Of a stretch of 64,000 nt of DNA, positions 1-8,889 are shown piece by piece. The stretch's first letter is position 1, and each line of letters starts with the position of its first letter. Location: NCBI GenBank assembly GCA_050486305.1, contig JBJHDA010000001.1, forward strand, positions 51,071 to 115,070. Direction: 5' to 3'. Origin of the DNA: Candidatus Saccharimonadota bacterium (GTDB lineage: Bacteria; Patescibacteriota; Saccharimonadia; Saccharimonadales; SLHW01). A model generated the notes under the pieces. That model saw only the letters and a list, made by a program, of their open reading frames with translations. It searched no databases and was not told the DNA's origin. The translations under genes were made by a program, and so were the position numbers.

Positions 1-2
1 TT

Positions 3-206
3 AAACGAAAAGACTCCAAAGAGTCAGTTGAAAATGCATTGCGCCGCTTTACGCGAAAGGTGCAGCAGGCTGGCGTCATCGCAAAAGCTAAGCAGTCTCA
101 ATACTTTGAGAAACCAATGAGCAAGCGTGACCGGCGGATAAAGGCAATTCAGCGCAAAGAGCGAAAAGCGCAAAAGGTCCGACGCACAAAGTTTGGCGTG
201 CGTTAA
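3..206 (+). CDS. rpsU: 30S ribosomal protein bS21, 5-prime end cut by window edge
   Basis: Not in the supplied ORF track because no start lies in the window. Frame 3 translates to KRKDSKESVENALRRFTRKVQQAGVIAKAKQSQYFEKPMSKRDRRIKAIQRKERKAQKVRRTKFGVR with TAA at 204-206. The ALRRF..K...G......YEKP...R.R pattern and basic tail are typical of bS21. Confidence 0.8.
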   Translation, partial: KRKDSKESVENALRRFTRKVQQAGVIAKAKQSQYFEKPMSKRDRRIKAIQRKERKAQKVRRTKFGVR

Positions 207-303
207 GAACGCGCCGGGGCGGGGTTTACGGCAGAGAGGTGTTTCCCAGTAGAAGGAGACGCCTTCGTTAATTTTAATGCATATTTGCTACACTATTTAA
301 GTA

Positions 304-759
304 ATGTCGATTAAACAAAAGATACAAGATGACCTAAAGAAGGCAATGCTGAGCGGCGACAAGCAAGTTGCTGCAGTTTTACAGGGCATCAAGAGCGCAT
401 TGCTTTATGCCGAAGTTGAAGCAGGTAAGCGAGAGAAGGGATTGTCTGACGATGAGGCGTTAGCTGTCCTTGGTAAAGAGGCAAAAAAGCGCCAGGAAAG
501 CATCGAGCTATATAAGCAAGGAGGCAGCCAGGATCAAGCTGATGCTGAAGCGTTCGAAAAAAGTATAATCGAGAATTATCTGCCAGCGAAACTAACAGAT
601 GATGAGCTCCGAGCGATTATTAATGAAGAGCTTGCAAAAATAGACAATCCGACAATAAAAGATATGGGTATGATAATAGGCGCAGTGAAAAGACGCGCCG
701 GTTTAGCGGCTGATGGTGCCACGCTCGCTAAAATGGTAAAAGAAAGCTTGTCAGGATGA
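304..759 (+). CDS. GatB/YqeY domain-containing protein
   Basis: 151 aa. The helical protein opens with MSIKQKIQDDLKKAMLSGDK..., contains L..IK.A and ends with ...M..VK. It sits after rpsU, as yqeY does in many genomes. Confidence 0.75.
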   Translation: MSIKQKIQDDLKKAMLSGDKQVAAVLQGIKSALLYAEVEAGKREKGLSDDEALAVLGKEAKKRQESIELYKQGGSQDQADAEAFEKSIIENYLPAKLTDDELRAIINEELAKIDNPTIKDMGMIIGAVKRRAGLAADGATLAKMVKESLSG

Positions 760-1289
760 TTATATTTACCGGTGTTGCCGGCTCAGGAAAAAGTATACAA
801 GGGAGAATGTTGGCGGATGCGAAGGGGTATCCTTGGCTGTCGACCGGAGAGTTCTTGCGCATGCTTGTCTCGGGAGAGAAACGTCGTCATATGCTTGAGG
901 GTAAATTGCTGCCAGACGAAGACATAATTCCGATTGTAGATAAAATATTTAATCTCATCGATATCAACAAGGAATTTGTTCTTGACGGATTCCCGCGGAC
1001 TCGCACACAGGCGAGCTGGTTGTATGATGTTGCAATGTCAGCCGATACAGGAATTTCGTATGTCTTCCACTTAGAGGCAAAAAAAGACACTGTGCGTAAT
1101 CGACTGCTACAGCGAGGCAGGCAAGATGATCATGATGATGCAATAGGTGAGCGGTTTGACGAGTACGAGAGAACGATAAAACCAATACTCAGTTTTTTTA
1201 AAGAAAACAACGTGCCAGTCGTAGATGTAGATGCAGAGCAATCGGTTTCTGTTATTCATCAGGAGATAATGGCTACGGTAATGCAGTAA
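756..1289 (+). CDS. adk: Adenylate kinase (short, lid-less type)
   Basis: P-loop GVAGSGKS, LSTGEFLR (compare ISTGDMLR) and DGFPRTRTQA (compare DGFPRT..QA). The ATGA start/stop overlap with the upstream gene suggests translational coupling. Confidence 0.75.
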   Translation: MIIFTGVAGSGKSIQGRMLADAKGYPWLSTGEFLRMLVSGEKRRHMLEGKLLPDEDIIPIVDKIFNLIDINKEFVLDGFPRTRTQASWLYDVAMSADTGISYVFHLEAKKDTVRNRLLQRGRQDDHDDAIGERFDEYERTIKPILSFFKENNVPVVDVDAEQSVSVIHQEIMATVMQ

Positions 1290-1310
1290 TCCGAAAAGGG
1301 CTGAAGCGAA

Positions 1311-2066
1311 ATGTATACAAAGGTAAAGACTGAGAAGGAAATCCAGGCGATGCGAGAAGGCGGTGCCATGTTGGCTGCTGTTTTGGAGGAAGCTAAGAAG
1401 CACGCGCATCCTGGTGTTAGCACACAGAGCCTATCCGACGTAGCATATAAGGAGATAAAGGTGCTTGGGGCTGAGCCAGCGTTTCTCGGGTATCAAGGCT
1501 TTCCAGAAGCTCTCTGTGTTTCTGTGAATGACGAAGTAGTTCATGGGATTCCTCGAAAAGACGTTATTTTGCAGGAAGGTGATATCGTCAGCATGGACTT
1601 CGGTGTTAACTATCGTGGCTTGATTACTGACTCTGCAATAAGCATGATTGTAGGGAGGGGTGACCCGCAGGACATTCGTTTGCTTGAGGTTACCAAAAAA
1701 TCTCTAATGAAGGGTATTGCCAAGTTGAAGCACGGTACTCGGGTGGGTGATATCGGAAGTACTATTCAGGCGGTACTAGAGAATGCGGGTTATGGAGTAG
1801 TACGGGAGCTAGTAGGTCACGGCGTCGGCCATGCGGTTCACGAAGAGCCTAACATCCCAAATTACGGTAAACCAAAAACCGGTCCAACGCTGGAAGCAGG
1901 TATGACAATTGCGATTGAGCCGATGGCCACAAGGCGCAATCATCAAATCTTTATTGACTCTGATGGCTGGACAGTTCGCACCCGAGACGGATCTCGCTCA
2001 GCTCATTTCGAGCATACTGTTCTGATAACTGAGTCCGGATCAGAGATACTCACCCAAAAACGATAA
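1311..2066 (+). CDS. map: Methionine aminopeptidase type I
   Basis: 251 aa with metal-ligand context DIVSMDFG, GLITDSA, GHGVGHAVHEEP, TIAIEP and HFEHTV. Confidence 0.9.
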   Translation: MYTKVKTEKEIQAMREGGAMLAAVLEEAKKHAHPGVSTQSLSDVAYKEIKVLGAEPAFLGYQGFPEALCVSVNDEVVHGIPRKDVILQEGDIVSMDFGVNYRGLITDSAISMIVGRGDPQDIRLLEVTKKSLMKGIAKLKHGTRVGDIGSTIQAVLENAGYGVVRELVGHGVGHAVHEEPNIPNYGKPKTGPTLEAGMTIAIEPMATRRNHQIFIDSDGWTVRTRDGSRSAHFEHTVLITESGSEILTQKR

Positions 2067-2114
2067 GTTGACAAAATATTGCGACTGCCAAGGGTTAGCG
2101 CTATACTGACAGAT

Positions 2115-3368
2115 ATGCGCGATCAATCGCCGACATACTATTGCGGCATAGATATTGGCACCCAGACTGTTCGGTGCGTTATTGGTATTCAAGATTTGAA
2201 TGATTCCAGTAAGCTATCTGTTGTCGGGCACGGTTCTGCCCGTAATACTGGCATGCGCAAGGGTGTTGTATCACATGTAGATGAAGTTTCAGAAGCAATT
2301 ATCAAGGCAGTTACGGAAGCAGAGCGTGTCTCGGGCGCTAGTATTACGACTGCTACGGTAAACATTAACGGCTCACACATACAAGGGCTTAACTCGCGCG
2401 GTGTTATCGCTATCAGTACAGCGAACAAAGAAATTTCTCCAGAAGATAGGCTGCGTGCTGAAGACGCAGCTGCGACTATTCAAATGCCTCCGAATAGAGA
2501 AATTGTTCAGCAATTTTCCCGTAGTTACCGCGTTGACGGCCAAGACAACATAAAGGATCCTGTGGGCATGCAAGGAGTTAGACTAGAGGTAGATACCCAT
2601 ATTGTGACCGCTACAACGCAAAATGTTCGAGCCCTCTTTGATTGCTTGCAGGGTGCTCGCATCCACCCCAATCGCTACACATTATCAGCCTTAGCGGCCG
2701 CAGAAGTTACACTGAACCGGCAACAGCGAGAATCAGGCACTCTTGTGCTCGATATTGGAGCTGGTACAACCGGCATAACGGTTATCGAGGACGGTGAGGT
2801 TCAACACGTAGCTGTTATACCGATGGGGGGCATTCATATTACAAATGATCTTGCGATTGGCTTAAAGACCGATCTGGAGATTGCGGAAGCGGTAAAAATA
2901 AACCACGGAGCGCTCAGTGAAGATGACATGGAGGGTGATGAAGTATCCGTAGAGTACAAAGACCGCACCTATACGTTTGACGCTTCAGATGTCGCGCTTA
3001 TTATCGAATCACGAGCTGAAGAGATTCTTGAATTTGTTGAAAAAGAGTTACGAAAGATAGGGCGATCTCAAAAGCTCCCTGGCGGTGTCGTCTTAGTCGG
3101 TGGAACAGCAAATCTCAATGGGATTGACACCTTCACAAAAGAAAAGCTGCAACTGGCAGCTCGGGTCGGTTCAATTGAGCAGGTTAATGGACTTATTGAT
3201 ACGATTGAGGACCCATCGTATGCAACCCCGATCGGCCTTATGATGCTTGACATGTTTCTCGGCCCGGATAGCGGAATCGCCATCGGTGAACCGAATCAAA
3301 GCTTTTTCGGTTTCTTGGATGGCTTTTGGCGTTCAGCAAAATCGGTAACGAAAAGTAAGCGGGCCTGA
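2115..3368 (+). CDS. ftsA: Cell division protein FtsA
   Basis: Actin-fold motifs GIDIGTQTVRCV and LDIGAGTTGITV, located directly upstream of ftsZ. The track ORF starts at TTG 2079; the ATG at 2115 (MRDQSPTYYCGIDIG) is more plausible. Confidence 0.85.
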   Translation: MRDQSPTYYCGIDIGTQTVRCVIGIQDLNDSSKLSVVGHGSARNTGMRKGVVSHVDEVSEAIIKAVTEAERVSGASITTATVNINGSHIQGLNSRGVIAISTANKEISPEDRLRAEDAAATIQMPPNREIVQQFSRSYRVDGQDNIKDPVGMQGVRLEVDTHIVTATTQNVRALFDCLQGARIHPNRYTLSALAAAEVTLNRQQRESGTLVLDIGAGTTGITVIEDGEVQHVAVIPMGGIHITNDLAIGLKTDLEIAEAVKINHGALSEDDMEGDEVSVEYKDRTYTFDASDVALIIESRAEEILEFVEKELRKIGRSQKLPGGVVLVGGTANLNGIDTFTKEKLQLAARVGSIEQVNGLIDTIEDPSYATPIGLMMLDMFLGPDSGIAIGEPNQSFFGFLDGFWRSAKSVTKSKRA

Positions 3369-3461
3369 AATGTCCCGGGGTGTTGCTGGTAAGCTAGTCA
3401 TTACGCTATACTGTTTTCCGAGGATCACATATTAAGATGAAAGAGGCCACTAGAGGTTAAG

Positions 3462-4889
3462 ATGAAACAGGTTGCTCCAGCTATTGAGACATTTGCAAGA
3501 ATTAAGGTTGTCGGCGTCGGTGGCGCAGGAGGTGCTGCAGTAAACCGGATGGTTGAAGCTGGCGTTGAAAACGTTGAGTTTATTGCAGTCAATACTGATG
3601 CGCAGGCATTGCACCATTCCAAGGCACATCAGAAAATTCACATCGGAAAAGATACAACAAGAGGCCTGGGAGCTGGTGCAGACCCTGACGTGGGTGAGCG
3701 AGCAGCCCTGGAGTCAACTGATGAGATAAAAAAGGCTCTGGATGGAGCAGATATGGTTTTTATTACAATCGGAGCAGGAGGTGGCACCGGTAGTGGTGCT
3801 GGACACGTTATTGCTGAAATTGCGAAACAATCAAATGCCCTTGTTGTTGGATTTGCTACGAAGCCGTTTGCTTTCGAGGGAGAAAAACGTAGAGAGAACG
3901 CTGATATTGCGATTGATAATCTTCGTGGAGCTGTCGATACCCTTATTATTATTCCAAACGATCGCCTACTTCAGACGATCGACAGAGACACTCCGCTTCT
4001 TGAAGCCTTCAAGGTTGCGGATGACGTGCTACGCCAAGGAGTTCAGGGGATCTCTGATCTGATTACAGTTCACGGGTTAATAAACCTCGACTTCGCTGAC
4101 GTAAAAGCAGTCATGAGCAGCGCAGGATCTGCACTCATGGGGATTGGTCGCTCAAGTGGAGAGGATAGAGCCGTTGAGGCTGCACAGCAAGCAATTGAGT
4201 CCCCATTACTGGAAGTTTCGATCGATGGAGCTCGAGGGATACTATTCAATGTTATCGGTGGGCACAACATGTCGATGCATGAAATAAACCAGGCCGCAGA
4301 AGCAATCACGGCTGCAGCCGATCCAGAGGCTAACATTATTTTCGGCGCGACAATAAACCCAGAGATTGAGGAAGATATTATTATCACAGTTGTCGCTACC
4401 GGTTTTGACGCTTCATACTATGCGAACCGTGCCCCTGATGATGAGTCCGGAGCGACTACAGAACGTAAGTCTGCATCAGCAATGACACCTAGGAAAGAGG
4501 AGGCATCCGCCAAACAGCAAGGCTCAGCAGACGAAAAGAAGCAGCAACAAGGAGCCTCTGACGATGATGCGGTTATTAAAGAGCTTGATATGGACTTAGA
4601 TAAAGATGCTAAGAAGCTAAGCTCATTCGAAAACGATACACCGATGCCGAGTATCTGGTCCCTAGATAATAATAACGGGGAAGCAACTCCAGCTGACAAA
4701 AAGCCCGGTAGAGGCAAAAGATCCTCGCTACTTGACGCTGATTCTAGTGGTCAAGACGGAAACGATTCTCCGATTGACGAAAACGAACTGGATAAACCAT
4801 CGTTCCTGCGCAGGCTGACAAAAAAACGCCTCGGTCAAAACAAGAAAAACAAAAAAACAGATGATAATGACCAAAAAGACAGTAAATAA
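3462..4889 (+). CDS. ftsZ: Cell division protein FtsZ with long disordered C-terminal linker and K-rich tail
   Basis: [17 protein letters not shown], the tubulin signature GGGTGSGA and NTDAQAL. The C-terminal peptide DKPSFLRRL (4791-4817) is followed by a 24-aa lysine-rich tail. Confidence 0.95.
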   Translation: MKQVAPAIETFARIKVVGVGGAGGAAVNRMVEAGVENVEFIAVNTDAQALHHSKAHQKIHIGKDTTRGLGAGADPDVGERAALESTDEIKKALDGADMVFITIGAGGGTGSGAGHVIAEIAKQSNALVVGFATKPFAFEGEKRRENADIAIDNLRGAVDTLIIIPNDRLLQTIDRDTPLLEAFKVADDVLRQGVQGISDLITVHGLINLDFADVKAVMSSAGSALMGIGRSSGEDRAVEAAQQAIESPLLEVSIDGARGILFNVIGGHNMSMHEINQAAEAITAAADPEANIIFGATINPEIEEDIIITVVATGFDASYYANRAPDDESGATTERKSASAMTPRKEEASAKQQGSADEKKQQQGASDDDAVIKELDMDLDKDAKKLSSFENDTPMPSIWSLDNNNGEATPADKKPGRGKRSSLLDADSSGQDGNDSPIDENELDKPSFLRRLTKKRLGQNKKNKKTDDNDQKDSK

Positions 4890-4911
4890 TACGACACATT
4901 TTTCTTGAAAT

Positions 4912-4960
4912 ACACCATAGATAGCGCTATTCTATGATATAGAAGCACTATATATAGTAT
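4912..4960. promoter_or_regulatory. Candidate tandem NrdR boxes upstream of nrdR
   Basis: 4945-4960 GCACTATATATAGTAT is a near-perfect match to the 16-bp NrdR-box palindrome acaCwAtATaTwGtgt. 4912-4927 ACACCATAGATAGCGC is a weaker copy (about 12 of 16), 33 bp upstream start to start. Both lie about 80-125 bp upstream of the nrdR ATG. Confidence 0.55.
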
Positions 4961-5037
4961 TTTAATAGGTGCCATTAGTACATTAAACGAATAAAAAATG
5001 TGTTTCGACTAATCGAAACACAATAAGGAGACAGTTA

Positions 5038-5520
5038 ATGAAGTGCAGTCAATGTACGATAGCTGATACGAAGGTTATTGAGTCTCGCGATGTACATGAT
5101 GGCCAGTCTGTAAGAAGGCGCCGAGAGTGCTTAGGTTGTTCATTCCGCTTTACAACATACGAGCGAGTTGAGCAGCCGCAGATTACAGTCATAAAGTCTG
5201 ATGGCAATCGTGAACTTTTTGATCGACATAAACTGCTTGCCGGCTTACGGCGGGCTTGCGAAAAGACTCCTGTAACAACTCTCCAGCTTGAGCGACTTGT
5301 GTCTGAGATTGAAAAAGAGATTCAGTCTTGCGGTGACCAAGAAGTTTTATCTGGAAAGATAGGCGACATGGTGATAGACAAGCTTTCAAAGCTAAACGAA
5401 GTCGCTTACGTAAGGTTCGCAAGCGTGTATCGGAAATTCACTGATATATCAGGATTTGAACGTGAGTTATTGCAGATTCGAGATCAGCAAAAGAATACGC
5501 AAAGCAAGGTCTCAAAGTAA
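5038..5520 (+). CDS. nrdR: Transcriptional repressor NrdR (Zn-ribbon plus ATP-cone)
   Basis: MKCSQCTIADTKVIESR...RRRRECLGCSFRFTTYE zinc ribbon followed by an ATP-cone. An AAGGAG RBS lies 7 nt upstream. Confidence 0.95.
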   Translation: MKCSQCTIADTKVIESRDVHDGQSVRRRRECLGCSFRFTTYERVEQPQITVIKSDGNRELFDRHKLLAGLRRACEKTPVTTLQLERLVSEIEKEIQSCGDQEVLSGKIGDMVIDKLSKLNEVAYVRFASVYRKFTDISGFERELLQIRDQQKNTQSKVSK

Positions 5521-5682
5521 TACAGACAGTCCTTTACTGGTTTTAGTGGCGGTTCAGAAGCCAGTAGAAGCAAGTAAAGGGCTGTTTGTGGACAATAACG
5601 AGAGGCTATTGTTTGCGCAACTCTAAACAAATACATTAAAAATAACGTAAACAGCTTTCTAAAAATAAGGGAGCTATAAAAA

Positions 5683-8514
5683 GTGAGGGAACAAATGGGA
5701 CAAACAACCAAATCAAGCACCGGTCGATTATTCACGGCGCCGAACAAAAAGGCGTATGATCAGATCGAATGGGTAGAACGTGATGCTATTATCATGAACC
5801 CTATGACTGGCAAGCCAGTCTATGAACAAAAAGACGTTGTGTTTCCGGAGTCGTGGACACAGAATGCGATAAATATTGTCTCGCAAAAATATTTTTCGGG
5901 TACACCTGGGACCAAAGAAAGGGAAGCGTCGCTTAAGACGTTGATCGATCGTGTTGTCGATACAGTTGCACGACACGGCCAGCAGGAAGGCTACTTTACT
6001 AGTGACAAAGAAGTAGATAGTTTCACCGAGGAGCTAAAATACATTTTAGCAACGCAACGGGCTGCCTTTAACTCTCCGGTTTGGTTTAACATAGGCGCGG
6101 CCGATCGCTCCCAACAGGCGAGCGCCTGCTTTATTTTGGCGGTAGAAGATAGTATGCCGGCAATTCTCAATTGGTACAAAGAAGAGGGCATGATCTTTAA
6201 AGGTGGCTCCGGTTCAGGTATTAACCTGAGCAGTATTCGTTCTTCTTACGAGAAGCTTGGCAAAAGCGCTGGAACCGCATCGGGCCCACTCTCGTTTATG
6301 CGCGGAGCTGATGCTTCAGCCGGTGCCATAAAGAGCGGAGGAAAGACTCGTCGGGCGGCAAAGATGGTTATTTTAAACGCTGACCATCCAGACGTTGAAG
6401 AGTTTATTTGGTGTAAGGCTATTGAGGAACGAAAAGCCCGTGCTCTACAAGAGTATGGCTTTGATATGTCGCTGGACGGAAAAGACTCCTTCTCGGTTCA
6501 ATACCAAAATGCAAATAACTCTGTCCGGGTAACAGATGAGTTTATGCAGGCGGTGGTTAATGATGAGGAGTATGAGCTCACGTCCGTCACTACCGGTGAA
6601 CCGGTAAGGACTGTTCGTGCAAAAGAAATCTTTCGCCAAATCTCTGAAGCAGCATGGGAATGTGCAGATCCAGGTATGCAGTTTGACACCACAATCAATA
6701 ACTGGCACACCACGCCAAACGCGGGAAGAATCAATGCAAGTAACCCCTGTAGTGAATACATGCACTTAGATAACTCTGCCTGTAACCTTGCTTCTATCAA
6801 CCTACTTAAGTATTTAAATGAAGATGGAACGTTTGATATTGAGTCATTCAAGCACACAGTAGAAGTCGTGTTTACCGCACAAGAGATTTTGGTCGGATAC
6901 AGTGAATATCCAACTGAAAGCATCACGAAGAACGCCAAGGCGTATCGTGAACTCGGACTTGGCTACGCCAACCTAGGTGCTCTGCTTATGGCTCAAGGGC
7001 TTCCATACGATAGTGATGAAGGGCGCGCTCAAGCCGCTGCGATTACTGCCGTTATGACTGGTCGGGCTTATGCAACGAGTGCGAAAATCGCGAAACGCGT
7101 CGGTCCATTTGCCGGATTTCATAAGGATCGAAAAGGTATGCTGCGAGTACTCAAGATGCATCGTGAGGAGGTATCTAAGATAAATCCATCCCATGTATCT
7201 GAAGAGTTGCTCCGGGCAGCTGCAACAGCTTGGGATGAGGCAGTAGAGCTTGGTACGCTCTACGGTGTACGGAATTCTCAGGCAAGCGTGCTTGCTCCAA
7301 CCGGTACAATCGGCCTAATGATGGATTGTGACACGACAGGCATCGAGCCAGACCTTGGGCTTGTAAAGCACAAGAAGCTTGTTGGCGGCGGTACGATGAA
7401 CATAGTGAACCACACCGTACCCCGAGCACTAAAAGTACTCGGCTATAGCAAGGAGCAAGTTGATGAAATTGTTGCCTATATTGATGAAGAAAAAACAATA
7501 TTGGGCGCACCTCACCTCAAGAAAGAGCACGAGCCTGTCTTTGCTTGCTCTATGGGTGATAACTCGATTCACTATATGGGTCACGTAAAAATGATGTCTG
7601 CGGTACAACCATTCTTATCTGGAGCGATCAGTAAAACTGTCAACATGCCGGAATCTGCAAGCGTAGAGGATGTAGAGCAGCTGCATATCGAGTCTTGGAA
7701 GCTTGGGCTTAAGGCAGTCGCAATTTACCGCGATAACTGTAAGGTCGGTCAGCCGCTATCAATGGCCAAGAAAGAAGCTAAAGAAAAGATTACCGATGCC
7801 GTAGAAGCAGGGCCAGCAAAGGAAGTAAGCGAGGTTAATGACAAGATCATCCTAAAAGGAGCGGTTCGCAAAGAATTGCCGAAGATGCGTAAGTCTAAAA
7901 CATTTTCGTTTACGGTTGCTGATAGTCACGGCTATATAACAGTTGGTGAGTACGATGACGGAAATCCAGGTGAGCTATTCATCCACTTTGCAAAGCACGG
8001 ATCAACACTGCGAGGAATTATGGATTCATTTGCAATGTCTGTTAGCCATGGCTTGCAGTATGGGGTACCGCTTAAGACGTATGTAAAGTCGTTTTCTAAC
8101 ACAAGCTTTGCACCTGCAGGCATAACAGATGATCCTGAGATAAGAACAGCGTCTTCGTTGATTGACTATATTTTCCGACGGTTGGCGCTTAGTTATCTAA
8201 GTTTCGATGACCGACTAGAACTTGGCCTGGCTTCTATCGATGACATGCCAGAAGATCAGACAAGCCTCCTCTCTGATAGCAGTGAAACTTCTGCTGATAC
8301 GTCAGCAGCTCAAGGGAAGCTGACCGCCGAAGAGGTAGCTGCAGTTGAAAAGCGCCAAGAAGAGCCGACCCCGCAACGGTCTGCCGTAAAAAATAAGCCC
8401 GCTACTGTAGCAGATGATACTGCTCCACTCTGTTATAGCTGCGGAAATCAAACGCAACGCTCAGGAAGCTGTTACGTTTGCACTAGTTGTGGGTCAACTA
8501 CTGGCTGTAGTTAG
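5683..8514 (+). CDS. nrdJ: Adenosylcobalamin-dependent (class II) ribonucleoside reductase with C-terminal Cys-rich tail
   Basis: 943 aa with NPCSEY, the radical-Cys context and the C-terminal tail CYSCGNQTQRSGSCYVCTSCGSTTGCS. GTG start at 5683 with an AAGGGAG RBS; an alternative ATG lies at 5695. Confidence 0.9.
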   Translation: MREQMGQTTKSSTGRLFTAPNKKAYDQIEWVERDAIIMNPMTGKPVYEQKDVVFPESWTQNAINIVSQKYFSGTPGTKEREASLKTLIDRVVDTVARHGQQEGYFTSDKEVDSFTEELKYILATQRAAFNSPVWFNIGAADRSQQASACFILAVEDSMPAILNWYKEEGMIFKGGSGSGINLSSIRSSYEKLGKSAGTASGPLSFMRGADASAGAIKSGGKTRRAAKMVILNADHPDVEEFIWCKAIEERKARALQEYGFDMSLDGKDSFSVQYQNANNSVRVTDEFMQAVVNDEEYELTSVTTGEPVRTVRAKEIFRQISEAAWECADPGMQFDTTINNWHTTPNAGRINASNPCSEYMHLDNSACNLASINLLKYLNEDGTFDIESFKHTVEVVFTAQEILVGYSEYPTESITKNAKAYRELGLGYANLGALLMAQGLPYDSDEGRAQAAAITAVMTGRAYATSAKIAKRVGPFAGFHKDRKGMLRVLKMHREEVSKINPSHVSEELLRAAATAWDEAVELGTLYGVRNSQASVLAPTGTIGLMMDCDTTGIEPDLGLVKHKKLVGGGTMNIVNHTVPRALKVLGYSKEQVDEIVAYIDEEKTILGAPHLKKEHEPVFACSMGDNSIHYMGHVKMMSAVQPFLSGAISKTVNMPESASVEDVEQLHIESWKLGLKAVAIYRDNCKVGQPLSMAKKEAKEKITDAVEAGPAKEVSEVNDKIILKGAVRKELPKMRKSKTFSFTVADSHGYITVGEYDDGNPGELFIHFAKHGSTLRGIMDSFAMSVSHGLQYGVPLKTYVKSFSNTSFAPAGITDDPEIRTASSLIDYIFRRLALSYLSFDDRLELGLASIDDMPEDQTSLLSDSSETSADTSAAQGKLTAEEVAAVEKRQEEPTPQRSAVKNKPATVADDTAPLCYSCGNQTQRSGSCYVCTSCGSTTGCS

Positions 8515-8540
8515 CCAAAAATAAAAATCCACATTTAATA

Positions 8541-8575
8541 AAAAGAGAGCCAACAAACATAGGCTCTCTTTTTTA
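8541..8575 (+). terminator. Rho-independent terminator after nrdJ
   Basis: aaaaGAGAGCCaacaaacataGGCTCTCttttttat: GC-rich stem followed by a T-run. Confidence 0.75.
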
Positions 8576-8607
8576 TGTAGAACGTTTTTGGTTTATACTA
8601 AAGCGGA

Positions 8608-8871
8608 ATGAGAATAGTTATTTTGTATCACCCGAATTCAGAATTTGCGCGACCGGTAGAGCAATATGTAGCCGATTTCGAGCGTTCACAGGGCGGAACT
8701 ATAGAATTGATAAGCCTGGAAACACGCGAAGGGGCTGAGATGGCCCGCTTACACGACATTGTTCGTTATCCAGCTGTGCTTGCAATTCAGCAAAACGGGG
8801 CATTGGCAAGTGAATGGCAAGGCGACAAACTTCCGTTGATGAGCGAAGTTGCCTCTTACTATCACCGCTGA
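8608..8871 (+). CDS. Small hypothetical protein, possibly a thioredoxin fold without CxxC
   Basis: 87 aa. A beta-strand IVILYHP occupies the place where redoxins carry CxxC (here PNSE). RYPAVL resembles the cis-Pro loop. There are no cysteines, so the function call is weak. Confidence 0.45.
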   Translation: MRIVILYHPNSEFARPVEQYVADFERSQGGTIELISLETREGAEMARLHDIVRYPAVLAIQQNGALASEWQGDKLPLMSEVASYYHR

Positions 8872-8889
8872 TATAATGAACGCGATATG

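Noticed and set aside
2079-2114. Track start codons TTG 2079 (ftsA), 48590 (proS), GTG 42959 (prfA) and TTG 39003 (membrane protein).
   Set aside because: Downstream ATG codons give N-termini matching family consensus (2115, 48638 with AAGGAG, 42926, 39012). GTG 42959 lies inside the rpmE terminator stem.
3742-4062. 106-aa + strand ORF in an alternative frame within ftsZ. Similar alternative-frame ORFs occur in ileS (9503-9748, 10058-10264), the membrane-protein gene at 33964-34716 (34170-34370) and others.
   Set aside because: They are embedded in strongly supported genes and carry no motifs or RBS. They are frame-shadow ORFs.
4999-5022. The palindrome TGTGTTTCGActaaTCGAAACACA as a possible parS site, given parAB in the window.
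   Set aside because: The canonical parS is a contiguous 16-bp palindrome (tGTTtCAcGTGaAACa). This element has a 4-nt spacer and different inner bases, and lies 30 kb from parAB. I did not find a convincing parS by eye anywhere in the window.
5531-5580. The hairpin-rich nrdR-nrdJ spacer as a cobalamin riboswitch, since NrdJ is B12-dependent.
   Set aside because: I cannot find a B12-box-like element. B12 riboswitches typically repress B12-independent alternatives, not class II RNR. It is more likely a simple stem-loop (CCTTTACTGG...CCAGTA..AGTAAAGG) or a weak attenuator.
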